A DNA stretch of 63,187 nucleotides, filler included, from Lenisia limosa (Eukaryota; Protista; Breviatea): NCBI GenBank assembly GCA_001655205.1. It is 21 parts of 21 records of this genome, joined end to end, with 100 filler letters (N's around TTAATTAATTAA, not from the genome) between each part and the next. Parts side by side here need not be neighbours in the genome. Positions count along the whole stretch, not along the records: positions 23,537 to 25,393 come from LPNZ01006190.1; positions 25,494 to 28,874 come from LPNZ01011305.1; positions 28,975 to 31,892 come from LPNZ01004407.1; positions 31,993 to 40,770 come from LPNZ01009503.1; 17 more parts are not named here. One strand, written 5' to 3'. The stretch's first letter is position 1, and each line of letters begins with the position of its first letter. Position numbers and translations under genes: made by a program. The notes under the pieces are model-generated. The model saw nothing but the letters and a program-made list of their open reading frames with translations, was not told where the DNA came from and made no database searches. This document shows, piece after piece, positions 23,619-35,842 of this stretch.

Positions 23619-24004
23619 CGTGTATATCATATACTATATGATATATCATGTTAATGTTCCATTTTTACTCCCCTCCCCCCAGAAGTCCCTCCTCCCCGAG
23701 TTCAAGGCGGGTCATGTGCTGAGAACGCCAAGAAAGGNNNNNNNNNNNNNNNNNNNNNNNNNNNNNNNNNNNNNNNNNNNNNNNNNNNNNNNNNNNNNNN
23801 NNNNNNNNNNNNNNNNNNNNNNNNNNNNNNNNNNNNNNNNNNNNNNNNNNNNNNNNNNNNNNNGGTGGAATGTCAGGCAATTGTTAAAGCTTCTTTCGTG
23901 TATATTCCCAAAGAAGCCTAAGTGATACCATGAAGTAGATCATACCACTTTTGGGATCATTTCCCACGTGTGAACTATCATTTTTCAAGCAGTGATATGA
24001 TACT

Positions 24005-24145
24005 TCATATCCACTAATATGATAATGAACCGACAAGTCTCAGTGATACTCTGATTCACTCGGGATGAACGGGTTATCTTCGTTCATCATTTCGACTCAG
24101 AAGTGGTCATAGGATCATATCACTGGTGGATATGGGTAACATATT
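24005..24145. repeat. Family G repeat with imperfect inverted arms (second copy 41700-41832)
   Basis: Both copies share GACAAGTCTCA.TGATACTCTGAT..., TATCTTCGTTCATCATTTCGACT and ATCATATCACTG.TGGATATGGGTAA. Confidence 0.75.
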
Positions 24146-24351
24146 GCGATCAAAATTAGAAGGGAATAAAGAGTACGTCCATGGCACAACACCTTCACGA
24201 TAGTAGTTAGTATAAGACAATTAACGTGATCATTTTCCTTATAATATACTTAGGAAACCCACTGTCGGTGCGTTCACGGGATTCAAACTGAGCACTTTGT
24301 GTACAGTAATTGTAAAGTAGTATATTGTGTTTTGTATTATTATAATTGTTT

Positions 24352-24353
24352 TC

Positions 24354-24391
<38 letters not shown>
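24352..24391. repeat. (TC)n microsatellite
   Basis: Visible perfect tract. Confidence 0.95.
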
Positions 24392-24392
<1 letters not shown>

Positions 24393-25993
24393 AATATATC
24401 ATATGCGATTATTTAAAACGGAGGGAGGCGGCATTTGTTGCAGCCGCTCATTGTGTAAGCGAGGCAGGTACAAGATTTCGTAGCAATACACAATACTATC
24501 ATATAGAGATTGAAGAACTATTTAGTTCTCTCGTATTCAAATCACAACTCTCTAATAGGTACCGAAAATTCCACCTTCTTTTTTATTAACTCCCGCTCAA
24601 TTTTGAAACTTTTTTCAAAAGGCCTCAAAAAATCGAAAAATTGAGGAAGCATTGGTGGGCATTAAAAATGTCCAGTCGGTGGGCCCAATTCGGTGGGACC
24701 TTAACAATGTCACCAAAACCAAAAGCTAATAGCAAAAAAACCATCCCAAGAGCCATAAAAAAGGCGTAACAGGGAACCAAACCCCCTTCCTTCAAATTCG
24801 CAACAAATCCTTCAGATGTGACCATATCATCTAACGGAAGATGGGGGAGAAGCTTTGACAATTGAAACAACCATCAACTCTGTTTAGGGTGGGGGTACCA
24901 TGGGGAAAATACATCTCAAAATAATCTACAAGACAATATCACAAATTAGAAACCTAGAAACAAAAAATACCAATTAACTGAAAACAAGATTTGCCATAGA
25001 GTACAGTGCGTTTGGAGGCTCCAGGTAATTCAAGCTCCGGTCGCGCATGTACTGCCTAAAGCAACTGAGGATCTTCGTCACTGTTGTGCTGAAATGTGAG
25101 AATGGTTTTGGTCTTTTTCATTTGCTCCTTTTTCATTTCATTTTGGCCCTTTTCAGGAAGTTTTGGACTGCGGATATGGAAAGGCTCGCTAACGAGTTGA
25201 CACATCCGTGTTTACCTCAAGGAATTTCAATATTCATATGTGTAGCAGCCCCAATAAATTAAAACGTAACATCATATGATAATATTAATAGATTATAGAT
25301 AGGCATATACTATATATCATATGCATATATAATAAATATATATATTATATATAGTATATCATATATATATTATATATACTATGATACATACATNNNNNNN
25401 NNNNNNNNNNNNNNNNNNNNNNNNNNNNNNNNNNNNNTTAATTAATTAANNNNNNNNNNNNNNNNNNNNNNNNNNNNNNNNNNNNNNNNNNNNCAGTGAT
25501 TATTCCCAGTTTTTTTTTGCAAATAACAATCGGCTGCCAGCGATATGCAGTGGTGGTCTAGCGAAAAACCCGTTGGTAATAGTTGGAATCTCCACAGAAA
25601 ACTGGAAAATAATTTACAAGTTGTTATCAATTTCAGAATCGGGCAGTCCATGCGGCCGGACTTTTTACTACTATTTTTAAAATGGAGCATCTCAAGGGTA
25701 AGTAAATGTGTAAATATTGGTCATTTCCAATTGCATTTTTCATCTTCCGGCCGCATGGAGTTTTGTTTGGAAACAAAAATAAAACCCCAAAGCAACTTTG
25801 ATGGCTGACAACACGCAAAATCAACTCTGATGGCGAAGGGTGTGTATGCCCCCCACATCTTCACTCGAAACAACTCCCATTTTTCAATATTAGTGACCAG
25901 GATAACACCAATTTGCTTTGATTTTTCAAGGAAAATCGGTCAAGCCTAATCCTGGTGACTGTAACATCTCACTATTACTCCCCCCTCCCCCAC

Positions 25994-26962
25994 TATGGGA
26001 TGCAGAGGAGAAGTTGGACGCTAAGGACCGGAGTGACGGGTCTGAGACGATTGTGTCGGCTGCGGGGGGGGGGGGGGNNNNNNNNNNNNNNNNNNNNNNN
26101 NNNNNNNNNNNNNNNNNNNNNNNNNNNNNNNNNNNNNNNNNNNNNNNNNNNNNNNNNNNNNNNNNNNNTGTATTTATTGGTATCCTAACATTGCAGTTAT
26201 CAACAATAATAGAAACACTTGTGTATTTGGGCAACTAATCACATTCCCTCCAACAGAAAGTATTGAAAAAACATTTTATATGAAAAAAATAATAATCAAA
26301 AGCAAAAAAAAAAAAAAAAGAAAGANNNNNNNNNNNNNNNNNNNNNNNNNNNNNNNNNNNNNNNNNNNNNNNNNNNNNNNNNNNNNNNNNNNNNNNNNNN
26401 NNNNNNNNNNNNNNNNNNNNNNNNCCACGTTTTGTAGGTTTTGGAGAGTCACACCAGCGTGCACGTGACCCGGGCCGTGGGGGGGTGTGGGCTGATGCGC
26501 GCGAAATGTTCATTTCTGCGCGTGATTGTGCCACACTTGCGTTTTCAGGCTCTTCTTCAACTGCGGGGGGTGTGTTGGAAAATCGATGAAACATAAAAAA
26601 AGAAGCTCAAAATCAACTTTGTTGGCTGACATCACACGAAGGTTAAGCGCAACAAAATAAACAAAGCCCAGGCCAGTCGCTTCCGCAGCGCATCCCCCCA
26701 CTGAAGTAATGGGAATATTTGAGAAACAAGAAGAAACAAAAACCTCTCCTCACTATATATAGTTCCTCCTCCCTCCATGTCTTCGGTAAAATATCGATAG
26801 GTTTCGAGGATTTATCGAGAAATTCAGTCTTTTTTCGAATCAAAGTGAAGCCCCACATATACCCCCTCCCACCGATATCCTGAGAGGACACGGGCCGGAC
26901 GGGGTGGCCGGATAGTCTGCTACCCGGCCGAGACCCGGGTTTCGGGGTACTTCGCTGCGATC
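25994..26962 (-). CDS. Exons of a Ser/Pro/Arg-rich low-complexity protein
   Basis: SQRSTPKPGSRPGSRLSGHPVRPVSSQDI joins in phase to VEEEPENASVAQSRAEMNISRASAHTPPRPGSRAR. A further exon, ADTIVSDPSLRSLASNFSSASH, lies beyond an N gap. Confidence 0.5.
26561..26702. repeat. Family B repeat abutting a minus-strand 3' splice site
   Basis: CTGCGGGGGG..GGAAAATCGATGAAAC...GTCGCTTCCGCAGCGCATCCC. Confidence 0.85.
26781..26854. mobile_element. Family A MITE, left-truncated
   Basis: Core plus right TIR. Confidence 0.8.
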
Positions 26963-27397
26963 CTGTGAGGGGGGGGGGGTAAAACGAAGGAAATTTCGAT
27001 NNNNNNNNNNNNNNNNNNNNNNNNNNNNNNNNNNNNNNNNNNNNNNNNNNNNNNNNNNNNNNNNNNNNNNNNNNNNNNNNNNNNNNNNNNNNNNNNNNNN
27101 NNNNNNNNNNNNNNNNNNNNNNNNNNNNNNNNNNNNNNNNNNNNNNNNNNNNNNNNNNNNNNNNNNNNNNNNNNNNNNNNNNNNNNNNNNNNNNNNNNNN
27201 NNNNNNNNNNNNNNNNNNNNNNNNNNNNNNNNNNNNNNNNNNNATATACTATATCGAAGTAAATATAGTACATATTATGATATATGATACGTACATATGA
27301 TTCATCACGTATTTATTATGATCTTAATACTTCCTGGGGGGGAGGGGGGATATGAGCGTGGATGCAAGATAAATAAAAAAAATAGTTACTTATCATC

Positions 27398-27572
27398 ACA
27401 GCCACCCCCCTTTTATGTCTGAAAATGTGGTGGCTCTTTAAAAAAAAAGTTTGTAGTTGCAAAATAAACCTGTAATTTTTTTAATTTTGTTTATAAAAAT
27501 ACCACTTTTACCACTTTTTATTTTTTTAACAACAGACGCTGCCACCCCCTTTTTAGATGAGCCCCTTTTATG
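27398..27572. repeat. Family F repeat (inverted copy at 62775-62932)
   Basis: Shared GGGGCTCATCTAAAAAG..GGTGGCA.CGTCTG, AAAAAGTGGTAAAAGTGGTAT and GAGCCACC.CATTTT. Confidence 0.75.
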
Positions 27573-27703
27573 AATCCACCCCTCCCCCCCAACCAGTAGG
27601 GAACTGAACTGACATGGACATTTTCAAAGGGCTGGGCTGTGGAGGGGGCTGCAGGGAGGTAAGTTATAATATATCATAATAATTAACGCTCCGAGCAATT
27701 CTT

Positions 27704-27761
27704 AGGTCCGAAAAAGACCGTTTCAATATTTTTCGAGGATTTATCGAGAAATTCAGTCTTT
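27704..27761. mobile_element. Family A MITE, partial
   Basis: Core plus inner TIR parts. Confidence 0.7.
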
Positions 27762-28194
27762 ATAGCATACTATATCAGTATATTGATCTGATAATATTGA
27801 AACTATGATAATGATGATGGGGATAGCAATAAGAAGGGGTGCTGGGTGGAGTATACCGAATGAAGAATATTGGTGTAGAGTGAGACTTGACTGATTGAAT
27901 AAAACAATGCTGTATCTGGCTGAAGCCTTCCACATCGTATTGGAAATGTTGGATTATAATATCCACTATAAGTAGAGTAGTATAGATTATCTGCATGTAT
28001 TTTATACTATGTAGCCTATATCATATCATATATTATATTATATCGAATACATAACAATATTTATCCAGACGTAAGGAAGCCTTCATGATATACATGGGAT
28101 GGACCGCAGGGGAGTCCTACTCACCAATTCATTGTCGACATGCTGCGGTGAAACCTGAAAAGTCAGAGGTGGGGTGTGAGGGGTGAGATGAAGA

Positions 28195-28290
28195 GGGCTT
28201 CACTTCGGTTTGAAATTTTTTGATAAACTATCGATACTTTTCGAGGATTTATCGAGAAATTCAATCTTTTTTCGAACCGAAGTGAAGCCC
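28195..28290. mobile_element. Family A MITE
   Basis: AGGGCTTCACTTCGG...CCGAAGTGAAGCCCTA. Confidence 0.9.
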
Positions 28291-28411
28291 TAGTTCTTGG
28301 GAGTGGGTAATATTGGAAATTTTATGAAACAGAAAGCTCAAATCCCCCCCTCCCCCATACCAGGACATTATCCGATTGCGAGACTTCTAGAGGGTGGTCA
28401 GGGACGTCTTC

Positions 28412-28462
28412 AGCTGCACAATAAGTCAAAATAAGGCAAAATAAGGCAAAAATAAGGCAAAA
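28412..28462. repeat. Short tandem repeat AAATAAGGCA
   Basis: About 5 units of 10-11 bp. Confidence 0.85.
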
Positions 28463-30036
28463 TAAGGCAAAATAAGTCAAACTGAATGAGGCAATATGAG
28501 GCAGAATGAGGGGATGGAATAGGAATAGAGAAGAGGGATAGGTTGGTAAGAAGGCAAAATGTGCGGCAAAGAGCACCACCAATACAACCTCATTGTGCTA
28601 TGAATGTTTTTTTAAAAAAATATCATATGTACATGTATAGTATATATACATATACGTATATTATTTTTGATAAATCTTATCATATGAGATACCTCCCCCC
28701 CCCCCTTTTCTGAATCCAAGCCGTCTGCACAGAGTTTGGCAGGTGAGCTGTCTCCTTCCCCAAATGATGGATAAATTAATTATTGTCACTAATCATAAAG
28801 CGATATTATTGTAATAAAAATTGTTTTATTATTATTATAATTATTTTTACAAAACTTTGCTTCCCCCCCCCCCCNNNNNNNNNNNNNNNNNNNNNNNNNN
28901 NNNNNNNNNNNNNNNNNNTTAATTAATTAANNNNNNNNNNNNNNNNNNNNNNNNNNNNNNNNNNNNNNNNNNNNCCCCCTTACTTGTGTGTTGTCAGCCA
29001 ACAGGGTTGATTTTGGGTTTTATTTGTTTCATAAATTTTTCAATTCTACTCCCTATATAATCCTTCAGGTTTGTTTGTGAAAACTCCATCCAGCGCCACT
29101 ATGAGGTTATTAACAAGTGGGGGGCGGAGTTAAAAAGTATCACTGAACTCAAGAAAACACTGTAATTGTATCGAAACAGCCCTTTTTAAAGAGAAGGGAC
29201 AGATTCCTTTCCAGTAATTTTTCTGGAACAAATTCAGTAATTTCTGGAAACTCTTCCCAATAGTCGAGAATTCCATATATATATACTAACTCAGTAGATA
29301 TGGAGTCTATGGCTCTTGAGATTCCCGTGGTCCCTTGATTGTTCCTGTTTTACTTGTCTGGTTCCGTTTATGACTATGCCTCTCTTGCGACTTTATCCCG
29401 ATTTTGAAGTGAAGTTTGACACCACAAAATATCATATTATACTCAAGCTACAGCTTCATATTAATTAAGTATGACTACGGTTCGAGGCAGTTTTGCTAGG
29501 CTTTTAACCTGGCTCCTGTGTATTTTAAACACTTTAAGATTTGACTAATGGTGATTACGTGTATTATATAAGATTTTACTCGTATTAACCAGCCAGCTTT
29601 AACTGTCACTCCAGAGTTGAAGAAATCCCAACATTGCATAAAACTAAACTAAAACATTCCTAAATTGCTACTTATTCCTCCGCCTCCACACAGACCTAAA
29701 ATTGTGAACCGTGTGATAATGTCACAATCACGCTTTGAGATCTTTTACCAAATCATTTGCATTCTACATAATTACACTATTGTATTGTTACATAAAGCAA
29801 AACATACTCTCCCCCGCAAACCTCCTCCATTACATGAGTTGGTGCATCTGAAGAAGTGTGAAAAATGAAAAAGAGTGTAAAATGTTCAGTGTGGAAAATG
29901 AATAAGTGTGGAAAATGGAGTGAGGAAATAAAGCAAATACAAAAAAAAAAATCTTAAAATTGAGAGACCACCCCTTATAACTCGGTTCGACACATTGTTA
30001 TCAACTTTATCAGTTTATTATCAACAAAGAGCTTAC

Positions 30037-30532
30037 CCGCTTTCTCTTGTTCTTCAGTTTTCACTTCTTCCTTTTCCTCTTCAACCTTTTCCTCTTCCTT
30101 CTTTTCTTCCTTTTCCTCTTCCTCTTCTTCCTTCTCCTCCAACACAACAGCAGTTTGCTCTTCTACTCCCATACTTTCTTGTACAACAGCAGTTTGCTCT
30201 TCAACAACAACACTTTCTTGTACAGCAGCAGTTTGCTCTTCAACCACAACACTTTCTTGTACAGCAGCAGTTTGCTCTTCAACCACAACACTTTCTTGTA
30301 CAGCAACAGTTTGCTCTTCAACCACAACACTTTCTTGTACAACAGCAGTTTGCTCTTCCACCACTGCTTCAGAAACTTCAACAACCTCAACCACTGCCTC
30401 TGCAATCTGTGGGGGTAAAAAAATAATAAAATAACAGGTGATTGTAACTAATATTCAAAATACCAACCTGGGGGGCCGCGATTTCCTCCTCCTGCGCCAC
30501 AGCCACCTCCAGCTCCTCCTCCATGGGGGCTT
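30037..30532 (-). CDS. Acidic Glu/Val-rich protein with 13-aa tandem repeats (two exons)
   Basis: 30532-30468 and 30406-30037 splice in phase: EAPMEEELEVAVAQEEEIAAPQ-IAEAVVEVVEVSEA-(VVVEEQTAAVQES)x~5-EEKEEEEEEKEEKK. Confidence 0.7.
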
Positions 30533-30663
30533 CTGAAAGGTCACAAATAGTAGGGCTCCGTGCAATACGTTGATGAATAAATTGCAAAATTTGGATAAAT
30601 TCTTCAAAGTATTAATTTCACAGAGTCCTACAAAATAGATTGTTTGTTCAATATTTGTTTTTC

Positions 30664-30741
30664 CATAACTTGACTAAAAGCGATGAGAACCACACTTTTG
30701 CAATAACTTGACTAAAAGCGATGAGAACCACACTTTTGCAA
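30664..30741. repeat. Direct duplication of about 40 bp
   Basis: ATAACTTGACTAAAAGCGATGAGAACCACACTTTTGCAA twice. Confidence 0.9.
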
Positions 30742-30819
30742 CAAAATCGTGTTTTACACAAATATTCTAACTTCCTTCAATGTGATACTGTGGTGGTGAC
30801 GTAATATGAAGTGTGCATA

Positions 30820-30888
30820 CAGTGACGATGACAACGGATATTGAGCTTTATCTTATGTTTATCGAGTCAGGACTTATCGCGGTCACTG
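30820..30888. mobile_element. Family D MITE with TA on both sides
   Basis: TA-CAGTGAC...GTCAGGACTTATCGCGGTCACTG-TA. Confidence 0.7.
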
Positions 30889-30997
30889 TAAAGGACATCG
30901 AACAACTACATACTGGTAAAGGTCTAAAAACTCGCTTTGATCTTTGATCCTGTTTGCCCCCTTTTCCCCGGTATTGAACTTTTGGTGTTGTGTACTA

Positions 30998-31058
30998 GAG
31001 CTTCACTTACGATCCGATTTTCCTAAATTCAGTCTTTTTTGGAACCGATATTGAGGCT
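30998..31058. mobile_element. Family A MITE, internally deleted
   Basis: Both TIR ends, core mostly lost. Confidence 0.65.
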
Positions 31059-31644
31059 CAAGTATGGATGTACCCACTATATATTATTTCACAAATTGGC
31101 CAGTTTGATTTCGATAAAAACTAAATGAAAAGCAAGTTGGCATTCTATGAAAGTAAAATGAAAAATTTTAAAATACAAATGTAAATTCACCCCCAACACT
31201 ATGTTTGTTCTTGCTTGTTTTTTGTTTTATGTTTGTTTTTGGGTTTATTATTCGGTTCGTGATTCTTTACGCCAATATTCTTCATCGAATACTCTGGATC
31301 TGGCCTGGGCTATGTTTGTTTTGTCGTTTTCAACACTCATGCGTTGCTGGCAAACAGAATTGATTTTGGCCTTATTTTTTTTTAAATAATTTTCAAATTT
31401 TACCCCCCCCTCCCCGCACCAATCACGCCAAAAGCGACTTCGACGCCATCAACGATCTTGACCTCTTCCTCCGTGTACTGGGGGGAGNNNNNNNNNNNNN
31501 NNNNNNNNNNNNNNNNNNNNNNNNNNNNNNNNNNNNNNNNNNNNNNNNNNNNNNNNNNNNNNNNNNNNNNNNNNNNNNNNNNNNNNNNNNNNNNNNNNNN
31601 NNNNNNNNNNNNNNNNNNNNNNNNNNNNNNNNNNNNNNNNNNNN

Positions 31645-31818
31645 TGGAGGGCGTAAAACGAAGGAGGTTTTGATGAAGAATATTGGTGTAAAGGTACTAA
31701 TCGTCAAATGGGAAAATTTATGAAAAAAAACAAAGAAGCCAAAATCAACTCTGACAACACAAGAGGGTTGATAACAACAAAACAAATTGAGCCCACACCA
31801 GTCGCTTCTGCAGCACCC
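31645..31818. repeat. Composite E+B repeat showing the two families are contiguous
   Basis: GTAAAACGAAGGA..GATGAAGAATATTGGTGTAAAGGTACTAATC runs straight into GGAAAATTTATGAAA...CGCTTCTGCAGCAC. Confidence 0.8.
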
Positions 31819-34462
31819 GTATTATTTCGAACATAGTGACGAGGCAAAAAAACCTACCATTTCCTCGACCTCTTCCGCCTCTCTCTCAACAANNNNNNNN
31901 NNNNNNNNNNNNNNNNNNNNNNNNNNNNNNNNNNNNTTAATTAATTAANNNNNNNNNNNNNNNNNNNNNNNNNNNNNNNNNNNNNNNNNNNNTATATGTA
32001 TAATGTATAATACATACTATCTATATAGATACGTATTATACATTTAAGGAATAAAGGTATGATGGAACACTTGCTATATATTTTAAGATACAGTCAGTGG
32101 CGACTCCTTCTTATCCAAGACGTGGAGCTATGACGAAGGTCCATAAAAGGCAGCGCAACCAGGTGAGATTAGAAGGAGAACATCAAGGTATCTTCGGTAA
32201 GAAACGTTATTCCCCTCAAGTATTCCTGATGCCTTGGCCTGTTAAACCTTGATGCAGGGTGGAACAGTGATATAGTGCTTTTATGGCTGAAATCTCTCAT
32301 TTCTAACGCAGAGTCAAGCACAAGATGAGCAGCTCCCTCTTCAGACTCACGAAATACACAGCTGATAAGCGTGTTGTACNNNNNNNNNNNNNNNNNNNNN
32401 NNNNNNNNNNNNNNNNNNNNNNNNNNNNNNNNNNNNNNNNNNNNNNNNNNNNNNNNNNNNNNNNNNNNNNNNNNNNNNNNNNNNNNNNNNNNNNNNNNNN
32501 NNNNNNNNNNNNNNNCCATGGGTAACAAGACGACCTGCTGTTTAAGCCACGCTCCAAAGGTCTACCACGCAGTCTTCCACGATTGTAGAATACAACGCTA
32601 GACCATGTAAACTCTCTAAGGATCTACGAGATACTCTAGATTTCACTAAAGGTACGGATTCTCATTGTATATAAGCAACGAAGGTGTAAAGAAGACAAGA
32701 GGGGGAAGCCGAAAGTCTGCACCAGGGAATTTCTTAGTAAACTGTGGGATCGTTTGGTACTTGTCTGTGTTTGCCTTTTTTTCTCCTCCTCATCTTCTTT
32801 CAGATTTAGACTTTTCAGTTAACCTAAATAGAGACCGCAAAAGGTAAAGATGTGTAGTACAATATGTACAAATGAGAAATAAAAAAAAAGGCTTGGTATA
32901 AAATATTGAGAATAACTCCTTAAAAGAGTGTAAATAAAAGAAATACTAGATACCTTTGATTGACCTGCAGCAATATAAACCGTCAGCAAAATTGAATACT
33001 CAGATAAACGAACTGTACACTTTTGGTTCATTATAAATTATGTTGAAAAAACATCTGTATATGCATTGGGGATACAAGACTGAATCGGCATGGTTTCTGA
33101 AATGCCATCCTAAACCATGTGAATTTTAACATTATTTACATCTATTGCGATTGGGTCTTCTACTGAATTTGGAAATAATACTCTTGTTCCAACAACCTGA
33201 GAATCAATAAACTGAAAAACTATTAAATGCTCAAAATCTGGCTGGAATGGGTTCAACTTCTTAAAGATGTTGCTCAGCTGATGAGAACGTAATTGCATGT
33301 AACTGCTGTTTCGCCAAGTTGTTCTCTGCTAATAACTTCTAGAAAAAAACCTGGCTAACTGTGTTGACAGGCGATCCAGGCTTCCCAATCTGCAATATGC
33401 TAAAAAGTAAATTGTGCTTAATCACAAAAAACAAACGAAAAAAAAATACCCTGAATGTTTATTCTGTTATTCGTTAGGAACTTGTAATTAAGCACTGTTG
33501 CAAATGGAGTTTTTAATGTTAGTTTATTCAGCAAAATAGGGATTGTTCCACAAATGACACACAAAAATATATATATAGTATATAGGTAGTTTCTGTAATA
33601 ACTAATACCATGAAACACATGCTAAAAATCAATGAAGCCCCAATAACAACTAAAAAAAAGCATCCTGTTGGCAGCAGCGACAGAGAGGGAGAAATGAGAA
33701 AAAATGTACTTGATTTACCTATTATTTGTCACCAATAGAACCAATCAAACCTGCTGAAATTGAGAAATTGAACACCAGATTTTCATTCAAAGTCTGGCAA
33801 GAGCAAGCGCCTCTTGGTCACAGATTGAACAAAACCATGAAGTTAAAATTATCATAAAAGTAAAGCTATTTCATTAATAACTCGTGGATGAAGGGTCCAC
33901 TTTCAAAAAACCCTAGTGATCTTGTTTGTAAGAAAAGGATGAAGGGCCGAGAAAGGTAAAGATAACTCAGAATCATTAGAAAGTCAGTCTTCGTGAGGAG
34001 ATGGGAGAATGAGTGAAAGGCGAACTCGAGTTAAGATGATAAGTAAAGAAAAGTAGCTGAGATTTCTTCGTTTTATCCACTAATACACCAACCTTTGGGT
34101 TTGTTAACTAAGGTAGCTTCTCAATAAGGAGTAACAGCAAGCCTTGAAAAGGACTCATAATAAACTACTTCTTCCTGAGCTTATTGAAGGAGTTAGCGCT
34201 CTAAAAATAAAAAAAGAGAGANNNNNNNNNNNNNNNNNNNNNNNNNNNNNNNNNNNNNNNNNNNNNNNNNNNNNNNNNNNNNNNNNNNNNNNNNNNNNNN
34301 NNNNNNNNNNNNNNNNNNNNNNNNNNNNNNNNNNNNNNNNNNNNNNNNNNNNNNNNNNCTCCAATTAAGTTCACCCAAGTGTTTTTCTGGTCTTTTGCGA
34401 TAAAAACTCATATTATTATTCATTCAAAAAACATACATTTTCAAACTCAAAAGTTAATCACA

Positions 34463-35453
34463 TCAAATGCCAAACATTAACCACATCAAGCCTTGAAAAG
34501 AATGAACATTGTAAGAACAAGATGGGCAAAGAAAAACACCATAAAGAACTGCAATGACCCGCGCGTTGCCAGTGGGGAGAGGCTTGGGGAAGTGCTTAGT
34601 GACGTCACCAGCAAGAGCACGAATTGAAGGAGGTTGATGGAGTGTTGCTATCTGAGAGGGGTGCGACGAGGCTGTTAACATGGCAAGACAAGTGAATAAA
34701 TACGATCAAGTAACTTAATCAAAAGACAAACTCACGGTATCGTAATAATAATAATAATAATATCAAAATAATGTGAAATTAATCACACAATTTTAGAATC
34801 AGTAACCATTCCAACCTTACATGGGTGAAAGGATACAGCTGTTGGTGGTTGAGAAGGGGGCATGCCGACAAGGGCCTCGGTAACGCGCATGTGGAAGCTC
34901 TTGTGGTCAATAGCTGGGCGTCCAGCAGAGGAGAGGAAGTCGTAGGCAATATGTGAATTGATCATGGACTGGTCAATGAGGTAGTGCACAATGCACATCT
35001 GCCAGCGCCGTGTTTGGCGGTGTGAGGTGGTGCTAAAGAATCAAATTGNNNNNNNNNNACAGAGGGACAGGAAACGGTCTAAAATGATGAAATTTGAACC
35101 AAGCCATAATCATAGAAATGTTCAAGTATCCCTCATACTCGTGACGCTTGACAGATGTGGGGCAGATGTCATCGCCAGAAGTGGCCATCATGGTTGCGGG
35201 CCCACCATCCAACCAGCAGCTCCAGCGGATATCATCAGACCACATCTTTCTTATCGAGGAATGAGCTGGCTTCTTCTTTGGTGTAGGGGGCGCCTCTTCC
35301 GTTGCGGTTCGTACCATGCGTTGATGCCTTGAGCCTTGAGGGTCTTGAAGAGCGTAGTTGATGTAAACAGATTGTGAAGAGCAATGATGAGGCCTTCAGC
35401 GGTGAGGGTCTTGACAAGCTTAAGCACGTGCTCGTTGATTTTGGTACCGTCGG
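34463..35453 (-). mobile_element. Degenerate piggyBac-family transposase with spliceosomal introns
   Basis: VLKLVKTLTAEGLIIALHNLFTS (DNxFTS motif with D>H), GINA-GT-RNGRG, WSCWLDGGPATMMATS..VKR, TTSHRQTRRWQMCIVHYLIDQSMINSHIAY, HFP plus C-terminal Cys. Frameshifted, with GT-AG introns (e.g. about 34820-34672). Confidence 0.8.
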
Positions 35454-35842
35454 CTAGGTGGAAACATTTGTGGAAAAGTTAAAAATTTGAATGATTTTTT
35501 TGCTCTTTTACAAGCTTGAACCTTATAGTGATTTCGAAAGTTATTTTTCAACGCAAGGTTTCTGTGAGTTACAATAACCTCACCAAAGCGGTAAATTATG
35601 TTCGTTTTCACCGGACCAAGACGATTTTACGACAATACTTAGCTGGTTTGTGGGTGGAGTTGACCAATCATTTCTGATTACAAGATATTTGAAGTATATT
35701 GCTCTTTAAATGAATTCATATTTCCTGGGTGTGGATACAAAGGCAACTATAACATTGTATGGACAGTTTTACAAGCCATTCAATAAACAGCGTAAATTTC
35801 ATGAAATATTATGATTACTTATTTTTTTGGGAGAGAAGTGAA

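Noticed and set aside
1528-28290. Family A palindromes as CRISPR repeats or bacterial REP elements
   Set aside because: They are dispersed, in both orientations, with no regular spacers and no cas genes, and they lie within eukaryotic introns.
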